From Neocallimastix sp. 'constans' (Eukaryota): DNA of 53,836 nt. Within the stretch, counting starts at the first letter, position 1; each line of letters begins with the position of its first letter. The stretch lies in NCBI GenBank assembly GCA_050613775.1, contig JBODTK010000100.1, positions 558,001-611,836 of the forward strand. The letters run 5' to 3'. This document shows, in pieces, positions 38,746 to 52,627 of this stretch. The notes below the pieces were generated by a model. The model worked only from the letters and a program-made list of their open reading frames with translations, ran no database searches and was not told the DNA's origin. The position numbers and the translations under genes were made by a program.

Positions 38746-39250
38746 AGGATATGAAAAACCACAAGAAAAGTAAAATGGTTCATTGATCATTAAAATTTCC
38801 TTCTTTAACAAATTTCACGAATGAAGATCAAAAAAAAATAAAATTAATGCTTTCTTCTTTACTTCTTTATTTCAAAAAAAAAAAAAAAAAAAAAAAAAAA
38901 TTAAAACTGCTCTAATCTAATAATTCAGAAGATGTTTTCTTACAAGAAAGTATAAGAAGTAAATAGCCATAGATATCATTAAAAAAAAAAAAAAAAAAAA
39001 AAAAAAAGTGGTATAGAGAAGCAATATTCCCGATAATCTCTTAATTTATCATCATTAACAATTTTAAAGTCAATACAAAAATTATTTCCATAATCATCAT
39101 TAGACAAAATAAACTGGTGACCAAACATATCCATAATAAAACTATTGAGGAAAAATTCTAAGAATAAAATCTTTATATTGCTATTTAATCATCTTGAAAT
39201 CACCAACAATAACAGAAGGGATAATTCTGATGATTCTTGAGCCAATAAAT
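36240..39250 (-). pseudogene. Heavily decayed non-LTR retrotransposon (D) of the same clade, with an internal deletion and many expanded homopolymers
   Basis: Ordered minus-strand remnants: PSVIVGDF (~39195-39220), EQF..REIC (~38800-38915), KAYDSVP (38671-38691), NIFINNIFDKCKKYG (~38430-38475), TDDIGLVAP (~38350-38375), YTYLG (~38120-38137), PCC (~37035). Downstream part resembles the A C-terminus. Confidence 0.85.
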
Positions 39251-39403
39251 AAAATAATTGTTGGGTTATTTCAATTATGAATCAAAAATAAAATTAATAA
39301 TAGAATTAATAATTTTTAATAGTATACATCACCGCCTCATTAAAAAATTAATTAAAAATTATATATAAGAACTGTGATTAAAGGTTAGAATAGATATATA
39401 TAG

Positions 39404-39725
39404 GGGATCATCGTGCATTTCGTAATGTGGTGTATTTTTTAAAAATAAAGCCATACATTTTTAAGATATTCTACAATCATAAATAAATATATAAATAATT
39501 ATTATTTAAAAGAAATAATAATAATAATATACTTTTTCAATTAAATATTATTAAATAACTATTTCAAAAGAAATAATAATATATTCTATTAAAAAAGAAT
39601 TATAAAAAATTATTTTTATAATTAAATATTAATAAATTATATATATAAAAAAAAGAATATTTATTACTTATTAAATTATAAAAAACAAGCCATATACAAA
39701 AATACGCCACATTGCGAAATATACT
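39404..39725. mobile_element. Degenerate MITE-like element related to the 42406 family
   Basis: GCATTTCGTAATGTGGTGTATTTTT (~39415-39439) is inverted relative to AAAAATACGCCACATTGCGAAAT (~39698-39720). No TSD seen. Confidence 0.55.
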
Positions 39726-39907
39726 ATTGCTAAACTCACTAGATTCATATATATATTAATAATTTAAAACAATAATCTTTTAGTTTAATAATAAATAATG
39801 CACGGTAATAATAATTAAGAATCTAATAATATAAATATTTAATATGAATTCAATAATAAGAAATAACAATAAATAAAAATCTAATAATTAAAAATATTCT
39901 AAATATT

Positions 39908-39945
<38 letters not shown>

Positions 39946-40779
39946 AATAAATTATAAAAGAGATTTTTTATTTCATTCTTATATAAAATCAGTTATTTAT
40001 AGTCTCATTTAAAAAAAAAAAAAAAAAAAAAAAAAATAATAATAATAATAATAATAATAATACTAAAAAAAAAAAATAAAAAATAAAAATAAAAGATATA
40101 TATTTATATATATTTATAATTATATTGTATTATTAGATTTTGTTTTAACTGATTATAACTATTGATGTTATTACAAAATTTTTAATAAATATATTTAAAG
40201 ATAATTAATATCTTAATTATATATTTCTATAAGTAAAATAAAATAAAATAAATAGTTGAAATATTAATAGAAAGTATAGATGGAATAAAATAAAATAAAA
40301 TAAAATAAATAGTGAAGTACTATAAAATATTAAAGTATTAATTAAAATAAAATACAATGATAATATTAATATTATTATAAATGATAATCAAAGAAGTACT
40401 AATCATTTTTAAATAATTTTTTATCTTTTCTTCTTACTTCCTTTTAAAATTTTTCTCATAAATCAAGTGCTCTCTCTCTGCACTAGCAATTATATAGTCT
40501 AGCAAAATGGAGTACTTATCATGGCATGAGAACACCAAAACATCAACTTCATTTATAAGGAAAAACACACTAAGAAGATGAAAAAATCGTCCCATATAAG
40601 TCGATTCAAAACCCTTATGTGTGTTTCTCTTTTCTTTAATGTGATATAGACCTAACTATTTTAACTATTTTAACTATTTAACTATTTAACTACTTAATTA
40701 TTTATATATTATTTATATATTTTATATTTATATATTAATGTTTTTATAACTTATCAATGTTATATTTATCAGTTATACT

Positions 40780-41207
40780 TATTTATATTTATTTATATCT
40801 ATTTCTATATGTATATTTTTTTTAAAAAAAAATGTTTACCACTTTAAAATTAAAAAAAAAAATAAAAATAAAAAAATAAAAATAAAAATGAAAATTGAAA
40901 ATTAAAATTGAAAATTAAATTTTTTTGAAATTTAAATCATTTAAACTATAATTTTTTTTTTACCACTTTTGTCCTACCTTCAAAAACAATCAGTACATAA
41001 ATAAAAAAAAATTTTTAATTTATTTATTTAAATTTGTTATACAATTTTTATCAATTTATTTTTATTATTTTAAATTAATAGTATTTTAATTATTGTTATT
41101 ATTCTAATTATTATTATTATTTTAATACAATTATTTTAATTATTTCTGTTATTATTTTAGTTATTATTATTTATTATTTTATACATGATCATATGAATCA
41201 ATAAAAC

Positions 41208-41239
<32 letters not shown>

Positions 41240-41763
41240 CATTTATATATTTATCCCCATATATATTTGAATATATAAAGATAATAAATAAATGTATAAT
41301 TAAATAATAATTAAATAAATTATATTTAGTAATTATTATTATTGTTGTTGTTGTTATTTATTATATATTATTATTATTAATATTATTAATGGAGGTACAA
41401 GATGATCTGGATTTCTTCATATATATATATATTTTCTACTGAAATATTTGTGTGGATGACTATAGGTATAGATTTATTTTTTATATGTATATAAGATAGT
41501 CCTTTAAAATAGTATTAATATACTATTAAATAATATTATTTTTTTTAAAAAAGAAAAAAAAAATGAAAAATGACACATATATATTAATAAAATATTAAAG
41601 GTAATTAAACTTTTTCAAATCCTACACTAAAACTTTAAAATATATATATATACATTTATATATTCTGTAATAAAATTTGAATAAATAACTTATTTTTAAA
41701 ATTTTTTAAAATATATACGTATATTTCTAAAAGCTTCATTTTAGAAATACTTTATAAAAAATC

Positions 41764-41838
<75 letters not shown>

Positions 41839-42240
41839 TATATTTTAATTCTATAATAAAATTTTTAGAAAATTGCTTAATTTTTTTTTCTTATTATAAT
41901 TTTTATTATTAATACTCTAAATTTTCTTTTTTTTTCTTTTTTTTTTTTTTAAAGAAAAAAACCTTTGTAAATAATTATACATATATATTCATATATTCAT
42001 TATCTATATATTATTTGAATAAAAATTATGTATTTTTAATTTGTTAATTTGAGCAATACTCCGGAGTATAGATGAATTAAATTTAACATTATTGAGTTTG
42101 TTTTATGTAGGGTAATAACATAATTGCTAATTAGATATATTTCAAATTAATTAATTAAAAAAGTTCAATATATAATAATGAAAATTATGAAAAGATAATT
42201 CTTTATAATACTGGAAAAACTTTATAATAAAAAAAAAAAA
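40780..42240. repeat. Copy 2 of the diverged direct duplication (copy 1 at ~34050-36130)
   Basis: Same ordered anchors as copy 1, with different microsatellite expansions, e.g. (AAT)n at 41765-41835. Confidence 0.75.
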
Positions 42241-42405
42241 TTTTTAAAAAAAAATTTTTTTTTCTATATATATATATTTATATATATTATTATTATAATT
42301 TATTTAAAAAAAAAAAAAAAAAATTAATTTAAATTTATTATGTTATAGAATAGGTTAGGAATTTAGGAATAGTAAATAAAGGTTAGATCATAGATATAAT
42401 TTTTT

Positions 42406-42784
42406 GGGTGTGGGGCATTTCGCCAAATTGCATTTCGCCAGGTTGCGTTTCGCCAATTTTTTTGAAAGCATGTGGCGTATTAAAAAAATGTGGCATTTCG
42501 CCAAGTTGCATTTCGCCAAATTGAGAATTATTAAATAAATAAATAAATCAATAAATAAAATTAAATATTATTAATATCGCATAAAAACAATTTTAAAAAA
42601 AATATTTTGAATTAATATTTATTTATTTATTCATTTATTTATATCAATACTCTACTTGTCGAAATGCAACCTGGCGAATAGCAACTTGGGGAAATGCAAC
42701 TTGGGGAAATGCAACATTTTAATACTACGCCACTTGGCGAAATGCAATCTGGCGAAATGCAATTTGGGGAAATGCAACTCTCCC
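42406..42784. mobile_element. Mutator-like non-autonomous element (MITE) with TIRs built from 15-bp subrepeats and a 9-bp TSD
   Basis: Left end GGGTGTGGGGCATTTCGCCAAATTGCATTTCGCCAG; reverse complement of right end GGGAGAGTTGCATTTCCCCAAATTGCATTTCGCCAG. TSD TAATTTTTT at 42397-42405 and 42785-42793. A 9-bp TSD with G-starting TIRs is typical of MULEs. Confidence 0.85.
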
Positions 42785-42802
42785 TAATTTTTTGAATATT
42801 TA

Positions 42803-43006
42803 GTGTAGTGGGCATTTCGCCAGATTGCATTTCGACAAGTGGAGAATTGATATAAATGAATGAATAAATAAATAAATATTAATTCAAAATAATTTTCTTT
42901 AAAATTGTTTTTATTCAATATTAATAATATATTTTATTTTATTTGTTTATTTATTTAATAAATATCAACTTGGCGAAATGCAACTTGGCGAAATGCCCCC
43001 ACTCCC
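42803..43006. mobile_element. Shorter inverted copy of the same MITE family
   Basis: 42810-42996 is the reverse complement of ~42492-42680; ends TGGCGAAATGCCCCCACTCCC. No TSD. Confidence 0.8.
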
Positions 43007-43250
43007 GGTCTTATCATTTCATAGGAAATAATGAATAATAATTAAAAATAATAAAATAATCATAAATAAATAAAAATAACAAAAAATTATAATAATAAAT
43101 AATAACCTAAAATACTCACTTTGTATATTTTACTATTATTTTTACTTTTATTTTTATTTAGCTATCATTTAATTAATAAAAAAAAAAAAAAAAATAAAAC
43201 CAAATTAATCTAATAATAATAAATAATATTTTTCCCTCCTTGAATATGAA

Positions 43251-43281
<31 letters not shown>

Positions 43282-43817
43282 TAATTAATATTTTTAAAAA
43301 ATAAAAAAAATATTTAATATAAATAGTAGTAAAACTAAATAAAAAAAAAAAAAAAAAAATAAACACATAAATTACATAAACCTAATATATTGAATGTATC
43401 ATACTTCAAATAACATTCTCATTTGGAATAGAATCAATTTTGGAAATTTGAAATAATTTTTTTTTTTTAAAAAAAAAAAGATAAAATTTTCAAATATAAA
43501 TATGAATATAAATATATATAAATATATATTTATATTTATTAATAATTAATAACTAAAGTATTTATTATTATTATTTTTTGCATTTATTTATTATTTATAT
43601 AATAAATTTTTATTACAAAAGAAACTACTTTCTTATTCTTTCTTTCTTTATTTTTTTCTTTTTCTTTTTCTTTTTTTATTTTTTTTTTTATTTTTTTTTT
43701 ATTCTTTTTTAATACTATTATTTTATTTTTTTTTCTTATTTCTTTTATTTTTTTCTTTTTTTTTTTTTTTTTTTTTTTCTTTTCTTTTTTTCTTTTCTTT
43801 TTTTTTTTTTATATTCT

Positions 43818-44456
43818 TCAATTATCCTGTACGAAAGAAGCTGTTATACTTCCGGTACCAACAGCTTCTCTTAACAATTCTGGATTATCGATTTTCCCAA
43901 TAATACTGTATTGCTTAACAGGGTCAAAGGTATCATAGAAAACAGCAAGGTATCTTGATTGGAATAATAAAATATCTCCATATCTAACTTTATCAACTGG
44001 TTCGATTTTAACTGGAAGTGGTTCTTCAAGAGTATGATATTTTTCAGTACCATTAAGATCAACCATTCTCATATTAAGTGGGAAGCGTTTTACAAGTTCC
44101 TTGGTGGTTTCATTAATTTCAAAAGTACATTTAAATTCATATTTTTTATCACTATTATCATTACTAATAATTAATTTTGGATGAAATTCATCTTTTGGTT
44201 CATCTGGTTTAACTGAATTAATAATATTTTCTGAATTGGTACTTTTAACTGGTGTTGTTGTTGTAATTGAATTTATAATATCTTTTATTTGTGGAAAAGC
44301 TGAACTTAAAGCTAAACTTAATAATAATATTATAATAGAACCAGAAAGTAAATATGAAGTACTATTTTTCTTATTAGTTTGTACTTTTTTTTCAATATTA
44401 TTTTTATTAATATCAGATTTTGGACTTTGTGATTTGGTTTCGTTATTTTCTGCCAT
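43818..44456 (-). CDS. Membrane-anchored protein with a bacterial-type cyclophilin-like fold domain (212 aa, intronless)
   Basis: Hydrophobic segment LLSGSIIILLLSLALSSAF, then a T/P/N-rich stalk. C-terminal FPLNMRMVDLNGTEKY..GDILLF..LAVFY..YSIIGKIDN..AVGTG resembles the bacterial Cyclophil_like2 pattern (recognised from memory, not searched). Confidence 0.8.
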   Translation of the reverse strand: MAENNETKSQSPKSDINKNNIEKKVQTNKKNSTSYLLSGSIIILLLSLALSSAFPQIKDIINSITTTTPVKSTNSENIINSVKPDEPKDEFHPKLIISNDNSDKKYEFKCTFEINETTKELVKRFPLNMRMVDLNGTEKYHTLEEPLPVKIEPVDKVRYGDILLFQSRYLAVFYDTFDPVKQYSIIGKIDNPELLREAVGTGSITASFVQDN

Positions 44457-44940
44457 TTTTTTTTTTTTTTTCTTTTACCTTATTGAATTATAAATATAAT
44501 ATAAACTATATTATTAATTATATTATAATATTTTTATTAATTTATTAATATTATACTATATTTACTAATTTTTTTGAATTTTCAACAAAAAATTTATTTA
44601 CCTTATTTTATTTTATTTTATTTTATTTATTTTTTTTTATTTTTGTTAAAAAAAAAGAAAATATGCTTTTTTTTTATTTATAAAATTTACATCATCTATT
44701 AATTTTAAATTTATACATTCATACATTCATACATACATACATAGATAGTAGATTATTTAAACCAATAAAATTTTAAACAGATTAATAACTAAAAAGAATT
44801 AATTAAACCTTAATAATAAAAATAAGAATAAATATTTTTTTTTTAAATATATATAAAAATAATAATATATTGAAATAGTTATTCTTAAACTAACTTTTAT
44901 CAAGAGCATTAAAAATGTCAAAGCAATTAAAGTAAAATAA

Positions 44941-45460
<520 letters not shown>

Positions 45461-46050
45461 AATTATTTCTAATTAAGAACTCTATGAACATTAAATCTTT
45501 TTTTTTTTTATTAAATTTTAATTCATAATATATTTATTATAGAGTAAATTATTAATGGTTAGGTTTAATTAAATGAATAGGGGATCCCACAAAGGATGAC
45601 TTTTTGGTATAATTACCAGAAATGATTTGATTATTAAACAAAATATCCTATTCCTTTTTATAATATAAATCAATAATGTCTGTATCTCTTTCACTAAGAA
45701 GGAAATTGTATAATCTATTCCACTTCACATATACATTTATACACTTATTATTCAGAAAATTATTAATATTAACACAAATTTAATCAATTGATCTATTTGT
45801 AACATTTATTAGTAACGATGTTATCATTTTCATTATTATTAATATTAATATTCCTATTATCACTTTCACTAATATTCCTATTTTCACTATCAATACTATT
45901 TCTATTATCTTTAAACAATTCTTTTTATTATTATTTTTAATATTATTATTAATAATAACATTATTTTATTTTATTTATATTATTATTATTATTAATATTA
46001 ATATTGATAATAATAATATTATTTTATTTTATTTTACTTTATTTTATTAC

Positions 46051-46099
<49 letters not shown>

Positions 46100-46525
46100 T
46101 TTTTTTTTTTAAATTATAAATTTACATGTTAAAATATTTTTTATTCTATATTTATAATGTACAATTATTTATTTGTTCTTATTATGCATTAAAATGAATT
46201 TATCAGTATACATATAATAATGATTTCGCACTATAGACGAATTCATATAAATTCATATATTAATAATATGTATATATACATATTTTGTATTATAAACATG
46301 TTCATGTATTATAAAAATTTTATTTTGCTTTTTATATATATATGAATTTATATCATATATATATTTTTTATTTTTATTTTTATTTTTATTTTTTTTCTTT
46401 TTCTTTTTCTTTTCTTTTTCTTTTTTAGTATTTGAATTTGTAAATATTAAAGAAAATAACTCTTTTTATTTATTTATTTACTATAATTCCATTATTTTTC
46501 ATCTTTGAATAGATAAATCTTTTTT

Positions 46526-46610
46526 TTATTTATTATTTAAATAAACTATATATTTATTTATGTAATTTATTGCAACAATGTAATAGATAATCTATAATTA
46601 TATAACATTA

Positions 46611-46644
<34 letters not shown>

Positions 46645-47027
46645 AAGTATTAGTTTAAAATTGGAAGATATTTAATTTTAATTAATCTATTTTTAAAGGA
46701 CTTATCGTAATTACATGAAATATTACGACCAGTAATTTTATGCATGAAGCCAAATAGGGATTATTCATTGTATCTACATCATTATTACTTGGTCCACTTA
46801 AACATAAATCAAGAGTATTTAGACATATAGCTACTAAATAACCAAATTTAAATATTAGCATATAGATTAATTTACCCTAATTATTAAAATTAATAATGAT
46901 AATAAATAATAATAATAAATAATAATAATAATTTTTTTTTTTATTTTAAAAATTGTATGAATATTTAGTATTATTAGTGAGGTTTATGATAATTAATAAT
47001 TAAAAATAATTATTATTTTATAAATTA

Positions 47028-47066
<39 letters not shown>

Positions 47067-47782
47067 AAATGATTTTACCTGATAAATACCAAAGAGAAGA
47101 CTTCCAATAAGTATTAAATATAAAGCACAAGTAGTTATAGACAATATTAACATAGAGATTCTTATTGCATCAGAATGTTTACAGAATCTCAATATAATTT
47201 CATAGAATAAAATTAAAAGAGTAAATGATACTATTCCCTATTAAACACAAAATAATTTTATTTTTTAATTAATTAATTAATTATTTCTATTATTACTATT
47301 TTTTTATTATTTCATTTTTCTTTTACATTTAAATTTTTGTTAATTCATAATAACTTAATATAAATTCTAAAACTATATAAAAAACATTTAAAATATTTTA
47401 CTTATCTTTCATTACTCTATTAAATTTTATTAAATTTAAACATATATAATTTTAAAATTTAATAAATACTAATTAATTACTTACAAGAACTAAAAAGGAC
47501 CATATTTTGATGATCATATTACTATTAAGGACTTTTTCTTCTTTATTCTCATCACTACATGCTTCCGTCTTTATATTAGATATATTTCTTAAAAATATGT
47601 ATGTATAAATATATATTTGTAAAATTAGAATTAGAATTATTATGAAAATAATAATAAAATATATATTTATGGTAAAATTAATATGTCAAAATAATACTAA
47701 ATATTATTAATATTAATATATTAAAAAAAAAATTTTTTTTTTTTTTAATTAATATATATTTTTAATAATGAAATATTAAAAT

Positions 47783-47824
<42 letters not shown>

Positions 47825-49235
47825 CAATTAAAAAAAGATAAAGACATTATATTTACAATTCTTTTATATCAAGATTGGTGTTAGCATTTTTATTTTCTAA
47901 ACAGTTACCACTAAGGTCCCTATTTATATAAGAATAATATAAATATTTAAAAAAAAGTTAATAATATAAACTTAAAAATTTATATATATATATATTTTTT
48001 TCTCCATTCTATTAAACGTATTTTATCTAAATACATAGCAATTAAATATCTATATAATATAATAATATAATATTATTAATAATTAATTTTTTTTTTTTTT
48101 CTATTTTTACAATTTCTGTATACTTTTTAACTCTGAAAGATTACTTGGTAGTTCACCAATAATTAAATTGTTTGACATTTCCCTATTTAAAAAAAGCATT
48201 ATTTAGTTCATATACAAATATATTTATTTTAAATAAAAAAAAAAGTTTATTAATGTTATATATAAATAAAAAATAGTATTTAATATAGTATTTTCGGGAA
48301 TTTATATATATTTAATATTATATTGTATGAAATAATAAAAATACTAAATAATTTTAAAAAACAATATATTAATTACAAAGTAGTTAAATGTTGTAATTTA
48401 GCAAGTTGAGAAACAATTTTTTCCATATCTTGATTGGAGAGATTGATATAATTGTTAAATTTGCTATAATAAATATTAATATATATTTATAATTTATTTA
48501 ATTATTAATACAATAATAATATGTAATATTAAAAAGATATAATTTATAAATAAATAAAAAAAAAAAAAAAAAAAAAAAATAAAATTATAAAATAAAATAA
48601 AATAAAATAAAATAAAATAAAATAAAATAAAATAAAATAAAATAAAATAAATAAATAAATAAAAATAAATAAATAAATTAATAAAAGAATTTGAAAGGAC
48701 TTTTAGTAAAATAATATATATATATAAATATATTCTAGTAAAAAGTTAAATAATATTAATAATTATAATATCAATTGTTAATATAAATTATAATAATAAT
48801 TATAATTAAAATAATATTTATAATTATAAAAGCAATTATAGTAATTATCAAAATATAATAGTTATAAATAATTAATAACATTATAAAAACAAATATTAAA
48901 AACAATTATTAATATTAAATAATAACTTCAATTATTAATATCAATTCTAATGACAAATATAATTTTAAAAATAATAACATTTATATTTTGAACAATATTT
49001 ACATTTCAGTAACTACAATTTCATTATCAAGGTTTTGACAGGTAATTTGAGGAAAATCACAACAGTTAATTATACTTAGGTTGTTATAGGTTTTTTGAAG
49101 ATCATTCCCTATTGTATTTATGACTTCTTCTACTACTGCACAGTCACTAGGAATAACCATTGCATTAATAGTATCAAATAAGCCAAAAATTAAAATGAAA
49201 AAAAATGAAATTAAATTTAAGAATTTCATATTCAT
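46526..49235 (-). CDS. Signal peptide + Cys-capped LRR ectodomain + ~4 TM protein; 8 exons (49235-49003, 48463-48377, 48182-48111, 47919-47857, 47587-47485, 47237-47079, 46876-46715, 46591-46526), ~314 aa
   Basis: All introns GT..AG and spliced length 945 nt is in frame. N-cap DC..NCC..ITC; 72-nt phase-2 LRR exon EMSNNLIIGELPSNLSELKSIQKL; LDLSGN; hydrophobic C-terminal exons with the same structure as the neighbouring paralogue. Confidence 0.8.
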
Positions 49236-50170
49236 TGTTCTTTTAACTATTGAAAAAAAAAATTTTGCTGTTAATATTGTTTGCTTTTTTTTTTTTTTTT
49301 TTTTTTTTTTTTTCCAAAGGCGTATTTTAGATTGATAATTTTAATGAATTTTATTTTTTATTTTTTTTATTTCTTTAATTGTTTAATTGTAACAAATTAC
49401 AGATATTTATTAAAGAAAAATTATCTTAATAATAAACGTAATCTTGTTAATCTATTTTTTTTTTTTTTAATTTTTAATTTTTTATTATTTTCCTCCTCCT
49501 TTCTTTTACAATAGAAGTTATATTCTCCTTCTCTTTTCCTTTGTTTTTTTTATCTTTTTTATTTTATTTAAGTTAAAACTACTTAAAGTTTCATTTATAT
49601 CCTTTTTCAATTTTTTTTTTGTTTTTATTTTTTTATTTTTTTTGATGAAAAATTTATAAATTTAAATTTGTATTTAATATAAATACTTTAATTTCATTGG
49701 ATAAAATGAACCATAAGTTTTATTTATATTTAATTATTCCCTTTTTTGATGATAAAATAGAAAAATAGAAAAATAGAAAAATGGAAAAATAAAAAATACA
49801 AAAAATACAAAAAATACAAAAAAAAATCTGTTAGAATTTTATCGATTTAAAAATGATTAGAATATTTTCAGAATGTAATATATAGGATGTGATGTTTTTT
49901 TTTATTTTATTTTTTTTTTATTTTATTTCAATATTTAATAAATAATTAAAACTTCATTGTTGCCTATTTTATGTTTTATATATATATATATATATTTTTT
50001 TTTTCTTTCATATGTATATATCTATTTATTTTATAAAGTAAAAATCTTTTAAAGATATTTTCCATAATTATTATTTTGATAATACTTTTTATGTTATTAT
50101 TTTGTAGTTTGACTTTTAATTACTAGTATTATATTATTATTGCAATTATTTTGATTTATTTGTTGTTATT

Positions 50171-50624
50171 GGGAGGTGTGCGTTTCGCAAAAGTGCGTTT
50201 CGCAAAATGTGGCTTAAAATATTTTTAAAAAATAAACATATAAATAAATAAAACTAATAAATAAATAAAAAATATATTATTATTGAGAAACGATACACAT
50301 TCGTTGTTATTGCTGGAATATGTGAATATAATATATTTATATTAAAAGATAAAATAATAGAAATAAGTTTAATTTTGAGTGATACTTCGTGAATAAATCG
50401 ATTATGAGAAACAATATTAAGTTAAAGAAAAGAATTAAAACCCCTAAAATTATGATAAATAGTTATCATTATGTAAATTTTTAGAAGATTCATTAAACTG
50501 ATAAATCATTTTAAAATGATAAAGATTATAAAATTGAAGAAGCAAAAACAAAAAAAAAAAAATAAATTAGATGATAAAAAGAAAAAATTATCTAAAGTAA
50601 AATAAAACTCATAAAAAAATAAAG

Positions 50625-50660
<36 letters not shown>

Positions 50661-50770
50661 TAAATAAATAAACATAAATATGAATTTGTTAAATAAAAGA
50701 GTATAATCAAAATAGATGAATATATCAATTAATGTATTTTATTTAAAATTCTAAAGAACAAGCCACATAA
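50171..50770. mobile_element. Remnant of the same MITE group: clear left end, only a trace of a right end
   Basis: GGGAGGTGTGCGTTTCGCAAAAGTGCGTTTCGCAAAATGTGGCTT (15-bp subrepeats); inverted AAGCCACAT at ~50760. Related subrepeats also at ~51148-51176. Confidence 0.5.
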
Positions 50771-52370
50771 ACATAACATATATTTAATTATGTTAACTGT
50801 AACATGAAAGTGGATGATTAACACTTTAATTAAAAATTAAAATTAAAATTAAAAAATATAAAAATTTTTTATATATTAAAACTAAATAAAATATAAATTT
50901 AAATTTTTTTTTTTTTTTTATCATTTATTATTTATAGTCCATAAATACTGAAATAAATAGAAATCATTTGAAATAAATTCAACCTTTATCATCGATAAAG
51001 TTCTTTTTTTAAACTAAATAAAATGTTAAATAATATATATATATATATTTTAAATTAATAAAATGTTCTATAATTTTTTTTATTATAATTCATAATAAAA
51101 AGAATAAATATTTAAATTTTATGGAAATATGTAAAAAAAGAGATTATTTGCATTTCTCAAAGTTGCATTTCGGAAAATAGACTTTATTCAACTTTGAAAA
51201 AATAAATTAAAAATTTAATAAATTAATAAATAAATTAATAAATAAATAAATTAATAAATAAATAAATTAATAAATAAATTAATAAATAAATTAATAAATA
51301 ATTAATTTTGATAATTAATTAGGGTTAAAGATTTTTTTTTTTTTTTTATTTTTATTTTTTTTAAAAAAAAAAAAAATTCTTTCATTATATTTAAAAAAAA
51401 TTATTCAGGAAATCTATAAAAAGCATTTAAAATAAATAAATATATATTTATTTAAAATTTAAAAAGTTTTATATATATTAAAAATATATGAAAATTAATC
51501 TTTAAAAATTTTTTAAAATAATATATTTTTTTTTAAAAAAAAATATTTCTTTAATTTTTAATAAAAAATTAAAATTAAAAATTTTATGTATCTTTAAAAA
51601 TAAAGTATTATTTAAAAATAAAATATTATTTAAAAATAAAATATTATTTAAAAATAAAATATTATTTAAGAAAATAAAAATTTTTGAAATTTTCATCATA
51701 TATATATTTAAAAAAATAAAATATTTTTGAAATTTTCATTATATATGTTTAAAAGAATAAAATACTCTTGAAATCTATAAAATGCATTTAAAATAAAATA
51801 AAATAAAAAAATTAAAAATTAAAAAGATTTATATATTCTTAAAATAGAAATTTTTTTTCGTTAAATATTCTTAAAAAATAAAAAAAAAAAAATATTCTTT
51901 AAATATTCTTAAAAATATAGAAAAAAGTTCTTTAAAAAAATAATCTCTTTATTAATATAAAAATTGAAAATTTTATAAAATCTTTAAATTAATTATATAA
52001 ATAAAAGTATTCATTAAAAATAAAATATTCTTAACAAATAAATATTTAAATAAAAGTTTTAGAAAAAAAAAATTTTTTTTTTAATCTTCATTTTTATTAA
52101 TTTTTACATTATACATAAAATTAAATTATAAACGAAATTCATATAGTAATTCGTATTTATAGGAATATTTATAGATGTTAATAATATTTGTTTTCGTTTG
52201 TATTATTAGTAAATTTATAATTAATAATATTTATTATATTTTGTATAAATATATATATATATATATATATTTTATACTATTCTGTTCGAGTATCCTATCC
52301 TTATTAATAATAAGTGTTTTAGTATATCTTTATTTATAATATTTTATTTATTTTATTTTATTTTATTTTA

Positions 52371-52417
<47 letters not shown>

Positions 52418-52627
52418 ATATTTTTTACTTTATATTTTTTGCTTTATATTTTTTTTCACTTTTTATTTTTTATTTTTTATTTTTATTTTATTTTATTTTA
52501 TTATTATTTTTTTTTTTTGGGTTCTTAATTAAAAAAATATTAAATAAAATAATTTCTATTCTTTTTTTTATTTATTCATATATTTATTTTAATTTTTTCT
52601 TCTTTCTAATGAATAAGTATTATTTTA

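Noticed and set aside
40466..40502. Helitron 3' end (hairpin followed by CTAG)
   Set aside because: CTAG is followed by C rather than T, the stem is only 5 bp, and no matching 5' TC end was identified.
42639..42830. ORF with CISP repeats
   Set aside because: Translation of the MITE's 15-bp subterminal repeats.
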